Shown here piece by piece: positions 37,818 to 51,512 of a stretch of DNA of 53,536 nucleotides. A model generated the notes under the pieces. It was not told the DNA's origin. It searched no databases and saw only the letters and a program-made list of their open reading frames with translations. The translations under genes were made by a program, and so were the position numbers. Within the stretch, counting starts at the first letter, position 1. Each line of letters opens with the position of its first letter. The DNA comes from Vicugna vicugna (lineage: Eukaryota). The stretch is from contig MU057893.1 of NCBI GenBank assembly GCA_013265495.1, forward strand, positions 1 through 53,536, in the 5' to 3' direction.

Positions 37818-38151
37818 CTAAGAGAGAGAGAGAACAGCAGAATGTGGATCTTCAATGATGACTGATGCTTCAGAAATCTGTACTTAATATTTATTACCCT
37901 TAACACTTTGGTAAATGGTTAATAAAATCACATTTTATTTATAGGCGATACTAAGGAGAAACATGAGTTAATGCCTATTTTTTAAGAGAAAAGAAAATGT
38001 AGATAATTTATTGAACTTGTGAAATTAGACTATCTAGCTCTCTAGCTCAGGGGAAAGAGATTAACGTAATGGTCAGAGGCAGGTGACTGTGTCTGATGCT
38101 AAAGTACCTGCTACCAGCACAACCAGCACATTCACTAAAAACACAAATATC

Positions 38152-38253
38152 GGGGGGAAGGGTGGATATAGCTCAGTGGTAGAGCACGTGCTTAGCATGT
38201 ACAAGGTCCTGGGTTAAAGCCCCAGTACCTCCATTAAAAAAGAAAGTTAAAAA
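38152..38253 (+). mobile_element. Camelid tRNA-Ala-derived SINE (Vic-1 type)
   Basis: TATAGCTCAGTGGTAGAGCACGTGCTTAGCATGTACAAGGTCCTGGGTTAAAGCCCCAGTACCTCC plus A-rich tail. A box present, B box damaged. Confidence 0.88.
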
Positions 38254-38689
38254 TAGCACAAGTAACTGTCATGATTTAAAAGTAGTGCATGGTCCATCCT
38301 GCAAGCCTTTTCCTCACATCCCTCTTTCTCTTCTTTCCGAAGGACCTGAGGGTGGGGAAGGGGATGAGAATACTTTAGTAGCCCCTGCATTTCTATTTTC
38401 CAACACCCCAGTCACACAAAATTAAAATATTCTTAAGTATGGAAAACTGCCATTTTCCTCAATCTTCGGTAAAGTAATTTTTAGAAATCGTCATTCTGTT
38501 TTAAAAGACTCGAAAAATAGTAGACAAAAACAACATGAAATTGAAAATGTGGCTTCAAGGTAAATCCCCTAAGCCCTTCTTCCAACCACACTGTTACCCC
38601 TAGGCCCCAACTTTAGAGAAATTCAAGAATAACCACTGTTCCCTCCACCATTATACCTGAGTCTCTACCACGCACTGAGAATAAAGAGA

Positions 38690-39450
38690 AAAAAGACACA
38701 GTCCCTGCTTCCGGGGGCTCCTAGGTGCACAGGACTCATTGTGAAATGATGGCTGAGAAGGCGTATTAAGAGGGCTTGGATAACAGGCAGCAGAGGGTGC
38801 TAGGGGCAGAGAGCCAGAACTGTAGCCAAGGCTCTCCCAGAGGAGGGAACCACTGTGGTGAGTTCTGAGATGCCCTAGAAGTGATCAGGTGAATGTATAA
38901 TATTACGGCCATTTCTACCTGGGGAGCTACACATGCAAAGGGTGGAGGCCAATGAGAGCCAGATCCCTTCCAGGAACTGCAAAGAGTCTAGAAGTGAGCA
39001 CAGGGTGTGGGAGGCAGGTGAGGCAACCATGGGGAGAGGTCACATGTGCACATCACAAAGGACTCTGTGTGCCACCAAGGTAGAGGAGACATGCAAAGTG
39101 ATCTAGAAAGAGACAAGATAGAGGCAGGGAGACCCATTGGCTGGTTCATGTGAAGGCCTGATGAGTCCCCGGCAGGGGGAGAGAGAAGAAAACATTTCAG
39201 CAGGTGGACGGATTGGCCACAGGTGTGATGGAAGGGCAGGAACAGGTCAAGGATGCCGCCCAGCTTTCTGGCTTTGGCAGTGTCCTAAATTATAGTGCCA
39301 TTCCCTGAAATAAGAAGGGCAGGTAGAGGGGCAAGTCATGAGAGGAGGCAACTGATTCAGTTCTGGCTGGGTGCCTGTGGGCTCCAGGAGAGACGTCCAG
39401 TAGGCAGATATAAGTCTAGAAATCAGGAGAAAGTTCTAGGCTGAGCCAAG
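38690..39450 (-). mobile_element. Degenerate L2 fragment
   Basis: Purine-rich reverse L2-like text: GACACAGTCCCTGC, GAGGCAGGGAGACC, GGTCAAGGATGCCGCCCAGCTTTCTGGCTT. Confidence 0.55.
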
Positions 39451-39615
39451 TAGTTTTCCTGTTTCAAGAGTCTAGTGGGTGTGAGTGGACAAGCTCATGA
39501 GAAGTGTATAGGGGTGGCTCTCACCCTCCTGCACATGGGAAGCATCTGGGAGCCTTTAAAACATAGTGTGTCCCAGTCTGGAGTGGGGCCTTTGTACTGT
39601 ATTGTTTTTAAAATA

Positions 39616-39734
39616 CTTCTTTCCTTTTTGGGGGGATTAGTTAGCTTTATTTATTTTAATGGAGGTACTGGGAATTGAACCCAGGACCTCTTGCATGCTA
39701 AGCACGTGCTCTAACACTGAGCCATACCCTCCCC
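39616..39734 (-). mobile_element. Camelid Vic-1-type SINE nested in a MER5A-like element (~39512-39790)
   Basis: Reverse complement reads GGGGAGGGTATGGCTCAGTGTTAGAGCACGTGCTTAGCATGCAAGAGGTCCTGGGTTCAATTCCCAGTACCTCCATTAAAATAAATAAAG. Confidence 0.9.
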
Positions 39735-41682
39735 ACCGTTTTTTCTTTTTAGACATTAGCTCAACTGAGCAGTCAAGGTTGAGAATCAACCTGTTGAGAG
39801 CAGAGAGCCTTGGGTTAGAGAACTAGGAGAAGCTCTCCAGAGCACTGCAGACCCCACCAGGGGCAGCCGGAGACGCAGGGAGCCTCGGACGTGCTTTGAG
39901 GAACGTGAACCCAACACTCCCCAATGGCGAAGACGACAAACATGTTTCAAACACCCACTTCCCAGCAGTGTTTGTTCTGACTTTACTAGATTTCCAGTAA
40001 TACTGGGTGAGAATGGAAATAATCTGGACACAGGGATCAAATTCAAATGCTGGTTCTGACCATTCTTAGCTGTGTGATTACTGATTAAAAGGTTACCCGT
40101 CTGCCACGTGTAAAATGGGGGACCTAGAACCGTGCTCGTGGGCTGCTGTGAGTGTAATGACATGACAACTATAAAGGCCCTCCTGACTCTCAGAGGTAAT
40201 TGCTACTATTGTCCCCATTTGGGACACCAAGTAACAGAGGCACAGAAAGCTTCAAACATTTGCCCAAGGTGAGGGTTGGGGTCAGGAATCAAGCCAATGA
40301 CTTCTTGGATCCAGAGCCCAGGATCTTCTTACCAAAAACACGGCACTGTCCAGGTTCCCTGCTCCAAAAAAAGCCTACATTTGTCTCAGTTCCATGGCGC
40401 CTGCGCTGCAGAGATGCCGTCACTGACTGTTTGCCTGCCCGGTGTCTGACCCCGGCACTCCTCCCTCCATCCCACACACCGCTTTCTTGGGCACACCAAC
40501 ACTCACGAGGCCTTTGCTGTGGCTACTCGGATGTTTACACGGAAACGCAGGTGGCAGCCCAGCTTTTTGCTATAGATGCTACTGTCAGTGGAGGCGAAGA
40601 ACTCACAGTTGATGGGAGAGGCCACTTCTGGTCTCCTCCATGTTTGGAGAGGTGGATGGAATCCAGTTTCCCTCTGCAACTTAGACATCCAGCATGAGAG
40701 TTATGTAAGGCCATCTGGCCTCTCAACATAGAAATGATGCCCCTGCAGTCATACTTAACATTGAAATCTCCTGGCCCCACCAGGGAGCAGAGGCCATGGC
40801 CTGTTGTCCAAAGTTTTATTTCCTTGCACGACAGCTACAATGGTGTGAGTTAACACCGGACCAGAAAATATACAAAGCCCTAGTGTACTATTTCCTGACA
40901 CTTGCATGTCACCCAAATACCACAGATCCTCCAAGTAAACAACTATTAAGAGGAACTGAGCTGGCTCGTCTGTCAGATCCCTGATGGCGGGACTGATTTG
41001 GCCTCTCCTGCTCTCGGGATTATGTTCTCCTTCTGTGTGCCCTTCCCCGATTGAAAGAGACTGTTCTTTGTTTATGGGCTAGGGATTATTTGTGGCTGTC
41101 TGACCAGAACCTTCAAAAGTAGAGCTCTTGGTGAGAATGGAAGCATGGCACTCACGTCTCATGAGCTCAGCTACCCAACAGCTTCATCTAACCAAGACTG
41201 TGGCCAACACCTGGGGTCAATGCTGTTGAGTGTTGGGTCTGGAGAGCAATGCCTCCACCGCTGAGAAGCTGCCCCACCAGTGGGAGGTGACACATCCATG
41301 TGATGAAAGCCTTGAGTGCACTAGGTGACTGTGGACCAAGCTGTGACTGGCCGTTCCTGCTCCCCATGTGACCCATGATAGACTCACATGCAGAAATGCC
41401 CAAAGAGACCCCTGTATGAGTGAATGGGTCACCTATAAGTCAACTGTCCTTGGGCCGCCTAAGAAGCAACACAGTATACAAAGTGAGCCACCGACTCACT
41501 GAAGTCCCCAAGGATCATGGCTCCCTAATGTGACGCCAGGTACCCCCAGCAAACAGAAAACACTTACCTTATAATTGACTTGAGAATTCTACTGCAAACA
41601 CAGCCTTCCACCTTCCACTTATGAAGTTTATTCCACTCTGTCCCCTGCTCTGCAATTGTGCAATCAATCCAGAGCTCCTTCA

Positions 41683-42293
41683 TGAGACAGGAGGGAAGGG
41701 AGACGGGCACAGCCATTAAAAGAGTGGCACAGCCATTAGCAACAAGATGGTGGAAAAGTCAACTCCCAATAGATCTTGAGCTTCAATACACGCTCACAAA
41801 AATACAGCAGGATGCTAAATGGCACTCCCACAGGTGCCAGGACAGGTTCAAGGCTGACCATAAAATGTCAAAGGGTGAGTGGTGGCCCAATTTCTGAGAA
41901 TCCCAACAACTTCCCCAAAGCGGTTGGAATATTCCTCCGACATTTTTGCATATGAATATACTGAGTGCATAAAAACTAACAACCCCACATGTCGTGGCTG
42001 CTCTCTCTGCTGAGGGAGACAGCCCACACTCTAGCTGTGGAGTGTGTATATATTTTACTTTAAACTGGAGCATCCAACTGCCACGCCTCATGGCCTTTCT
42101 CTTGCCTTATGAAACAGCCCAATCTGTCTATGGAGTATATATCTGTCTGAATAAATCTACCTTTACTGAACTGTGGCTTTCTCTTGAACTCATTCCTGTG
42201 CAATCCAAGGACCCACACTAGGCAAGGTGCACCCCAGGGACCCATATAAGACCTGGGATACGGCCATTCACTCCCCCACATTTTCCCGTATCA
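41683..42293 (+). mobile_element. ERV1 solo LTR, MER41-like (611 bp)
   Basis: TG...CA termini (TGAGACAGG...CCGTATCA) with a near-TSD TTCA/TGCA. TATA-like CATAAAAA at ~41968, AATAAA at ~42150, and MER41-like CAAGATGG and TGCATAT motifs. Confidence 0.75.
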
Positions 42294-44580
42294 TGCATTC
42301 CTTCCCAAATGATCTCACCTTGTGCACTCCAAAATAGACAGCACTCATGTGTCCTGACCTGGATCTGCTTCTGCGTGTATCATTTCTCATGTCCACTAGA
42401 ACGTCACCTTCATGAGGACAGGGATTTGGTTCTGTTCACAACAGAAGCACCAGCACATCACAGGTGCTGGAAGAGAAGTATTAATGAATGAGCTGTGGGA
42501 AGTCCTGGGAATTCCACCTGGAACTCCTAGCCACTTGGGTCCCAACTGACTCCAGTTGCTCCCTGCTACTCATGGCTGACATCTTGCCACCACTCTCTGC
42601 TCTGCCATCACCTGAGCCGGGATGAGCTGAGATAAGCACACACCCCGGGGAGCAAGGTGGCTGATTCATGAGGTTGCAACACACTCTCCCTTTGACTGCT
42701 AGGTGTTACTTAGGATGAACAAACTGAAGGCAGCACCATGTGCACCGTCCTACCCCACAACTCACTTCAAGCACCAGGACTGCACACAGGGGAAACGCTG
42801 GCACTTTCCAACATAAGGAGAGGGACTCTGTGTGAGAAGAGGGTCTCTGTCAACTAACATTGTCCTTAGAAGCCCAGTCTTAGAAAAGCTCTTTAAAGAC
42901 ACTTTTGATATCTTCCTTCTGTTTCTGTAATCCCTCTAGATTTTGTCATTTTAATCTACACATCAGAAATAAAGATGCTCTTGAAATCTCTATTGATTTT
43001 CAATTAAGAAATTCCTCAATTTCCTTCTCTGCTAAGAAAATTACTGCAGTTTATATCAAAAAAAGCAGCTTCCTTTCATGAGTTGCAATGTTCAAACACC
43101 TAATTTCACAAGAATCAGTGAAGCAGGATATGAAAATCATGCTGTGCTTTATCACCTACAGGTGGGCACGGATGAAATGAATGAGTACTGATCTCATAAG
43201 ACGGGAAGGCTGGGGCTGTCTTATTCCTACTACAGATGGAAGGGTCCATATCTGTGAGGTTGAGGAAGGACCAAGGATGAGAAACTAACATTTTCTGACC
43301 CATTTCTCTTTTTCAGAGTCCCAGAAAATACAGTGTGATTTTATCAACAAAAACAAAAACATCTTCACCCTTCTAAATGCACGCTACATCTTTACTATTA
43401 TACACGGCACTCTGTCACTGACCTAAAGGCTGATGACAGCCAAGAAATTTGCAGGGATCTTATTCTGTGCTCTTCCCTTTTTGTCTTTGGAACCTCAGGA
43501 AATTTGCCTCCTCTCCCTGAGTGTCATTTTCCTCATCCTTCAAATGAGAGTGTAACAGTCATTCATTTGCTCAGTGTCTGTTCGACAACAGGAGACGGCT
43601 TATGAAAACGACAACAAAAAAGCAAAACAGCAATTCTGATCTGTGCTGTCTTCCTCCTCCTCCTCCCTGAACATGAACTTACAGGGTAAAATGGCATCTT
43701 TCACTAAATCCCGAACTTAAGGAGCAGTTCTGGTAAGGAAGTCACAGGACTGCAATGTAACCGAGAAATGACCTGGTGAAAAAGAATGAGTTGCCAGCAA
43801 ATCCTCAAAACCCATAAGGGTGCAAACCCTGGGAGCTACAGGCATTGGTGGGAGTTCCTTAGTTCCCCATTCCACAAAGCCGAGAACTTTGCAGTGTCCA
43901 TGAAAGACACAGTTAACACTGTATAACCACACCATGTTTTGGAGTACACCGGGGCTACATCACTGCTGACCTGTACTTCTTTGTGTCCCAGAGCAAGTGC
44001 CCTGGGCGGGGGTCACTGTGTTTGAGGCTTGACAAGAACTTCCTGTTCTGTCTCTTTTGCTATCTCTCTTCCTGCAATAAAACAACTGGTAGGGCTCTGT
44101 TGGGGAGCACTGCACCCACATTCTCTGGCAAACCACACACCAGGCAGCTCTAGCTGATCTGAGAGAGGACTCTTCAGTGAACATATACACACCAAAGTCA
44201 GGCAGAAGGCTGCCTGTGACCTTGGGAATCCAAATAATCTTGTACTGTTAATCAGGATATTAGACATCTAAAGAAAGTGTGCACCAAATGAAGACGATGC
44301 CTTAGACAGCGTTGGTGGTTATGTCCAGCAGTGTCTAAGGACAAGTCATGCTCTGGTAGACGGGAGCATTTTGGTTGCTTTAAGAGTTTGCTACTGAAGG
44401 TCTGGGACATTTCATTGGGCCTTGAAACTCCAGACCTCTTTATCACAAAGGCAGACAAGTTACGTGAGCCAGATCAGCCTTTATTCCAACTTCCTAACCA
44501 AAAGGCTATGAGGTTGAAAATATATTTCTCAGACTCTTCTGCAGCAAGTGTTCCAGATGTGGCTTTAAAAATACCCATCA

Positions 44581-44799
44581 CAGATTGAGATTTGCAAATA
44601 TTAACTACTATATATAAAAAGTGCTAAAAAACTAAATTTCTTCTGTATAGCACAGGGAACTATATTTAATATCTTGTAATAACCTTCAATGAAAAAAATA
44701 TGGAAAGGAATTCATACATATATAGTGTATACAAATGACTGGAACATTGTGCTGTACATCAGAAATTGACACATTGTAACTGACTATACTTCAATTAAA

Positions 44800-44838
<39 letters not shown>
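44581..44838 (+). mobile_element. 5'-truncated camelid-type L1 3' end with (TA)n tail
   Basis: CTGTATAGCACAGGGAACTATATT...TGCTGTACATCAGAAATTGACACATTGTAACTGACTATACTTCAAT. Degenerate TSD AATACCCATCA / AATGCCTATCA. Confidence 0.87.
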
Positions 44839-46229
44839 ATGCCTATCAGCAGCATCTGAATGTCACTTAAAGCAGAAACCCAGATGAATGGAGGCAGAGG
44901 TGTTTGGAGGAGCTACGTTATTTTGCTGTGGTGGATGCAGCTGTCATGGTAGAGATCAAGAAGGAATGCTCACAACAGCCACTCACTGATCTGCAAGTGA
45001 GTTAGGGTAACAGCTTCCTGAAATCCTCCCCGCCCCTCCTGATGATCCAGGTGTCTGGCATTTCTCTGGAAATCACTAGGCGCAGCCTGGAACTCAAAGG
45101 TAAAAATTAAAAACTGCAGTCTGGCAGTGAAGAGGCTAGCAGGACACGTTGGACAAAAGTAGGTCAGAAACAAGGAATGGGGAGGGGATAGAACGTGTGC
45201 TAAGGACCCTGCCTTCAGTGGTGGATTGTCTGTGTTGAGGACTCTGAGTCAGTATGAGTAGATGGATTGGTGTGGACTAAAATGTTGGCCATTGTTCAGA
45301 TAAGTATGTGATTTGGACTATATTTATTAGAGGAGGGTTTTTTTTCCCCCTTCAACATTGATCATTTCTAGGGAGCAGAAAAATACTCTGCCACACAACA
45401 TCTAAGTGCAAAAGATATGCTACGGGATGATGGTGGTATGAAAAATTTCAGTTCTGCAGTTCCAAGTTTTCCTTAATGAGTTTCACAGCAGAAGGTACTT
45501 AAAATAAAATAAGGTTCTTAAAATAAAGACATCATCATATGTACATATCCTTAAAGATACACATATGGTGCTACAAGTCACCTGGAAATGTGTTCTGCAT
45601 TCTAACATCCGATGAAATAAAATCAGTAGCTCAATATTTGTGTCGGCTCTATATACATGATGTAGCTAATGATCACAGAAAGCAACATCACCTAGGAAAT
45701 TTGAAATTTGCCTTTTCCAGTGTCAAAGTTAATATTTTGCTTTACTTAAAAAGCATATTTTTAATTAGGGCTGTCAGCATCCATTGGTATACGGGGTTCA
45801 GTAGATGTGTTCAGATGTTCTAGACAGTGAATCAGAGCAAAGACTGAGGATAAGACAGTAGTTAAATATCTCACCCATGTGATAATCATCCACATATTGC
45901 TATACAGAAAATCCTTAAATGTGAGAACTTCATTAAAGCAATGAAAAGAGAGGGAAAAAAATAACCACAGACTAGTGGAAGATTTGTAACATGTAAAAAT
46001 GACAAAGGGCTATTCATGAGCATATTTTTAAAAATTCAAAACCTTTAATAAGAAAAACAACAAACTGACAACAGGTTGCACACTGCTCCCTGTAGGAGAA
46101 GCCATTCAGATGGACTCTTATGTGAATGGCGCTGGAGCTGTAGAATTAGATAGTCTTGTAAGTAACTCAGTTAAAAACAAATGCAAATGGGATACACTTC
46201 TAGAATATCTGAGTAAATATCTTGGAAAA

Positions 46230-49200
46230 CTTAATCCTCTATGAAGCAGTGACAATGGAAAAATTTTTCAAAATTAACCTCTGCAGAACTCTGGAAATTA
46301 AACAAAGACTTCCAGCAATCTGGGGAGTGTTTATTTGAGAAAAATCTAGCTAAATCTCCATAAATATAGTGAGTTTTGTTGCATTGTAACTTGATCTATT
46401 GCCATCCCCGTATCCTCACCTAAATGGTGGCCTTTAAAAGCAAGAGTCTCACAATCAAAGTAGGGGCAGAAATGATTTGATGTTACCCAAAAAATCTGTC
46501 CCCACAGAGCTGTCACCATTTGACTTATCTCAAACTCATGCTGTGGAAACAGCCTGTCCCCAGAGTGTTTGTGGAAAACGATCAGCAGTGAGTATTTTAC
46601 ATTACAACTGCCTGAGTCAGTGGTACCAGTAGAGGCTAACTAAATGCTGACTAGGAAACTTAGAAGGCAAAATTGATTAATGAGACGTTCTGGGGGTGGA
46701 GGTAGGGTTAAAAAGCTCCAAAAATTTCTGAGAATTGTAGAAGACCGTACACATGTGTGGCACATGGCAAGGAAAGATCTGAGAAAATATTAAGCCTTCA
46801 ACTCTGGCTGAACTCGAGGTTCTGCATAAGCAAGAACTAAAGGCTACGGAAGAGCAGCTGACAGATTGCCGGTGCTGAGGGCATCCCTCAGCATGAAGAC
46901 ACACAGCCATCTGGCAACAGCTCAAACGATTGGCTCCAGGCATTGAAGAAATCACTGTCCAATCAGTATTACAGTGATGACAACTAGGCTTTCTGCACAC
47001 ATACTGATCTCATGGATATGCATGATAAAGAATACAGACTTAAATACAGACTGAATTTGTTCAGGAATGTAACTAAATAAATAGCTGTAGCAGCAATGAC
47101 AATGGAAGCAACAATAAACCCTGGAGATGAGGAAAATCTGGCTTTCAGATCTGCCACATTGTAATGTTTTAAATGTCCAATTTTCAACATAAAATTACAA
47201 GATGTACAAAGAAACAGAACAGTTTGGTCATAACAGGGGAAAATTAGTCAATAGAAACTCCCTGAGGAAGCCCAGACACTGGACTTACTAGACAAAGACA
47301 TAAATAAGCAATTACACATATGTTCAAAGAGCTAACAGAAACCATGCCTAAGGAATTAAATTATGTGAACATCTCATTGTACAGAGAATATCAGTAGTTA
47401 AAATTTATATTAAAATGCAACCAGAAATTTTAGAGCTACAAATATAATGACTAAAATGAAAACTTCAATAAGAGGTTTCTCTGTAGATATAAACTTGTTG
47501 AAGAAAAAGTCAGTTAACATAAAACTACTGAGATTATCCATCCTGTGGAACAGAAAGAAAAAGGAATAAAAAAAAAGAACACTGTGCCAGAGATTGGTGG
47601 GACCCCATCAACAACACCAATACACACATAACGGGAGCGCCAGAAGGAAGCAGAGAATAAAAGGGGTAGAAAGGATATATAAATAAGTAATGGCTGAAAA
47701 CTTCCCAAATTTGATGAAAACATTAATTTGTACATCCCAGCAGCTCAACAAACTCCAGGTGGTAAAAACTTAGAGACATCTAAAATAGCACATCAGACTC
47801 AGTGTGTTAAAAGACAAGAACAAAGGATCTTGACAGCAGAAGGAGAAAAGTGGCTCAACATATACAAAAGCTCCTCACTAAGACATTTGATTTCTCATCA
47901 AAAACCATGGAGACCAGAAGGCAGTGGGATGGTATCATCAAAGTGATAAAAGGAGAAGAATGTCACCAAGTATTTTATAGCCAGCAAAATGATTCTTCAA
48001 AAAAATTAAAGGAGAAATTAAGACACTCCTACAAAAACAAAATCTGAAAGAATCCATTGCTAGCAGGCCTGCCCTACAAGAAAAATTAAGGATAGTCCAG
48101 CAGGTGTAAATGAAAGGACACTCGCCTGAAAAATAAAGAGAACTAGTAGAGGTAACTACATGAGTGAAAATATAAAACAGTATAAACAGAGTATTACATG
48201 TAAGTGTTTTCTTCTATTTGATGTAAAAGACAACTGCATAAAACAATACTTATGAAACTGTGTAGATGCGCTTATAAATGCATAAAGGTGTAATTTGTAT
48301 GACAGTGACAGCATGAGGAGGGGGAGGGAATAGACAGATACCAAAGTAAAGTTTTTGTGTACTATTGAATTTAAGTTGGCATTCATGTGAAATAGATTGC
48401 TTTAAAACAAAATGTTAATTATAATCTCCAGGGCAATGGAGGAGAAGGAGGAGGAGGAAGAGGAGGAGGAAAGAAGAAAAATATAAAATAAACAACAAAT
48501 TAAAATGGCACACTTGAAATTGCTTACTTTGTACAAAAAAGTGTAGTAATAGAGGAATGGGAAAAAGAAAGACATATAGGAAGCAGATAGCAGATGTAAC
48601 TTCAACCTGATAAGAAATTACATTAAAGTAAATGAATTAAACATTCTAATCAAAATACTGAAGGCAGAAATAAATGGAATAGAGAATAGATGAACAACAG
48701 AGAATAATCAACAAAAAGAAAAGTGGGTTCTTCGAAAAGATCAACAAAATTGACAAAGTTTTAGCTAGTACTGAAGAAAAAAGAGAGAATATTCAAATTA
48801 CTAAAATGAGAAATGAAAGGAAGGATGTCACTACTGCCCTTACAAAAATAACAAGGAATATAATGGAATACCATGAATAAATATATAGCCAATAAATGAG
48901 ATAATCTAGATGAAATGGATAAATTCCTAGATGGACATAAATGACTGAAGCTAATTCAAGGAGAAATAGAAAACTCAAATAATGCTACAATAAGTAGTGA
49001 CTGAAATAGTAATCCAAAACATTCCCACAAGGAAATGCTAGGCCCATATGGCTTTGCTGGTGAATTCCATCAACTACATAAAGAAAAAACAAAAACAAAA
49101 ACAAACAAAAACAATGCTTCACAAACTTGTCTAAAAATACAGAGGTGGGCACACTTTCCAATTCATTCAATGACACTAATATCACACTGATACCAATACC

Positions 49201-51512
49201 AGACTAAGGCATCACAAGAAAACTAAAGACTATCTCTTATGAATATAAATGCAAAAGTCCTCAACAGAATACAAGCAAATCCAATCCAGTAACATATAAA
49301 ATAGACCACAATTAATTGGATGTATCCCGGTACGCAAAGCCAGCTCAAAATACAAAAGTCAATTCATGTAATATGCCATATTGATAGAAAAATGGATAAA
49401 AACTATGAATAGAAGAGAACTTCCTCAACTTGACAGAGAACATCTATGAAAAACCTGGAGCAACGATCATACATAATGGTGAAAGACTGAATTATTTCCC
49501 CCAAAATCAACATTGTACTAGAGGTTCTAGTCAAAGCAACCAGATAAAGAAAATAATGCCTCTAGATTAGAAAGAAAGAAATAAAACTATTTTGATTCCA
49601 TATGACATGATTTTATATATTGAAATCACAAGGAATCCACAAAGAAAAAAAGAGAGAGAGAGAAAAGAAAAAAAAGAACTATTAGAAATAATAACCCAGT
49701 CTCACCAAAATTGTAAAACACATATCAATATAGAAAAAAGTAATTACATTTCTATACAACAGCAGTGAATAATCTAAAAATAAAATAATGGAAACATTTT
49801 CATTTACAATAGCATCAAAAAGAATAAAATACAATATTAAGAAAAATATGTGGAATACTGAGAAAAATGTCTGAAATTTGTATATTGAATACTGAAATAC
49901 TACTGATAGAAGTTAAAAATGACCTAAAATAAATGGAAAGCTCTTCTGTGTTCATGGATCAGAAGCCTTATTATAGTTAGGATGGCATTTGTCCTCAAAA
50001 TGACCTATTGATTCAATGCAACTCTGGCTTTTTGGCAGAATTGAACAAGCTGATCCTAAAACTAATATGGAAATGCAAGATACCCAGAATAGTCAAAACA
50101 ATCTTGAAAAAGAAAAAAGTTTTGAAGTTTCCAAATTCAAAACTCACTAACAAAGCTGTAATCCATACAGTGTGGTACTTGCATAAAGGACAGACAAATA
50201 GATTGATAGGAAAGAACTGAGAGTCCATAAACAACTCTTACACATACCCAGTTGATTTTTGACAAAGTTGCTATGACAATCCAATGGGGAAAATATAATC
50301 TTTACAAAAATGATGCTGGGACACCTGAACATACACATGGAAAGAAAGAAAACTGAACTTTTATCTTAACACCACTTATGAAAATTAACTCAAAATAAAT
50401 CACAGACCTGAAACTATAAAACTTTCAGAAAATGAACAATAAGAAAATCTTCAGGACTTTGGATTACAAATACTTCTAAGATATGACACCAAAAGCACAA
50501 ACAACAAAAGACAAAAATCAAGTAAACTGGACTTCAGTAAAATTAAACACTTCTGTGCTTCAAAGGACTTCATCAAGAAAGTAAGAAGACAATCCAGAGA
50601 ATGGGTGAAAATATTTCCAATATTATCCCTGATAAGGGACTTTTATCCAGAATAGACAAAGAAGACTTAAATGTGACAATACAAAGACAAATACAATTAA
50701 AATTGGCAAAGAATTTGAATAGCTGTTTCTCCAAAGAAGACATATGAATGAGAAATAAGCACATAAAAAATGTTCAACATCAATAGGAATCAGGGAAACA
50801 GAAATCAAAATTACAATAACATGCCACTTCATACCAACTAGGATGACAAATATATACAATATATGATATATAAATATGTTTTATAAACCCGGTAATAAAA
50901 AGTGTTGATGAGGATGTGGAGAAACTGGACTCCTCATACATTACTACTGGAAATATAAAATGGTGCAATCACTTGAAAAACTACTTTAGCAATTCCTCAA
51001 AATGTTAAAAGTAGAATACATCCAAGCAATTCCATTTTTTGCTACATCCTCAAGAGAATTGCAAATATTTGTGCACACAGAAACTTATCTATGAGCATTT
51101 ACAGCAGAATTATTCATCATCAACTGATGGATGGATAAACAATGTGGTGTATTTATACCAATGGCATACTATTCAAACACAAAAAGGAATTTGGTTACTG
51201 ATATATGCTACACCATGGATGAGACATGACATCATCACACTAAATGAAAGACGACAATCAAAAAAGGCAGCATACTGTATGGTTCTAATTATATGAAATG
51301 CCGAGAACAGGCAAATCCGTAGAGGCAGAAAGTAGAGTGGTGGCTGCTGGGGGCTAAGGGAAAGAAAGGTTAGGGAGTGACTTACTAAAGGGTACTGGTT
51401 CCTTTTGGGGGTGATGGCTACAAAACCCTGAAATGTACCTAAAACCCTAATGCACACTTTCAAAGGCTTCATTTAATGGTATGTCAATTATATCTCCATA
51501 AAGCTGTTATTC
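46230..51512 (+). mobile_element. Old, internally deleted L1 (L1MB-like): 5' UTR, ORF1 and ORF2 remnants, 3' UTR
   Basis: ORF1-like GGCTGAAAACTTCCCAAATTTGATGAAA. ORF2-like TTCTTCGAAAAGATCAACAAAATTGACAAA, GATGAAATGGATAAATTCCTAG and ATATGACATGAT (degenerate ADD region). 3' end TATGTCAATTATATCTCCATAAAGCTGTT. No open frames. Confidence 0.88.

Noticed and set aside
38160..38235. tRNA-Ala(AGC) gene
   Set aside because: Damaged B box, A-rich tail and a second dispersed copy at 39616-39734 identify it as a SINE.
37820..46230. ANO6 exon 10 (KLCIFDSFGTLVFAVFMGVW)
   Set aside because: Searched by eye and not found. It is probably beyond the window or deleted.
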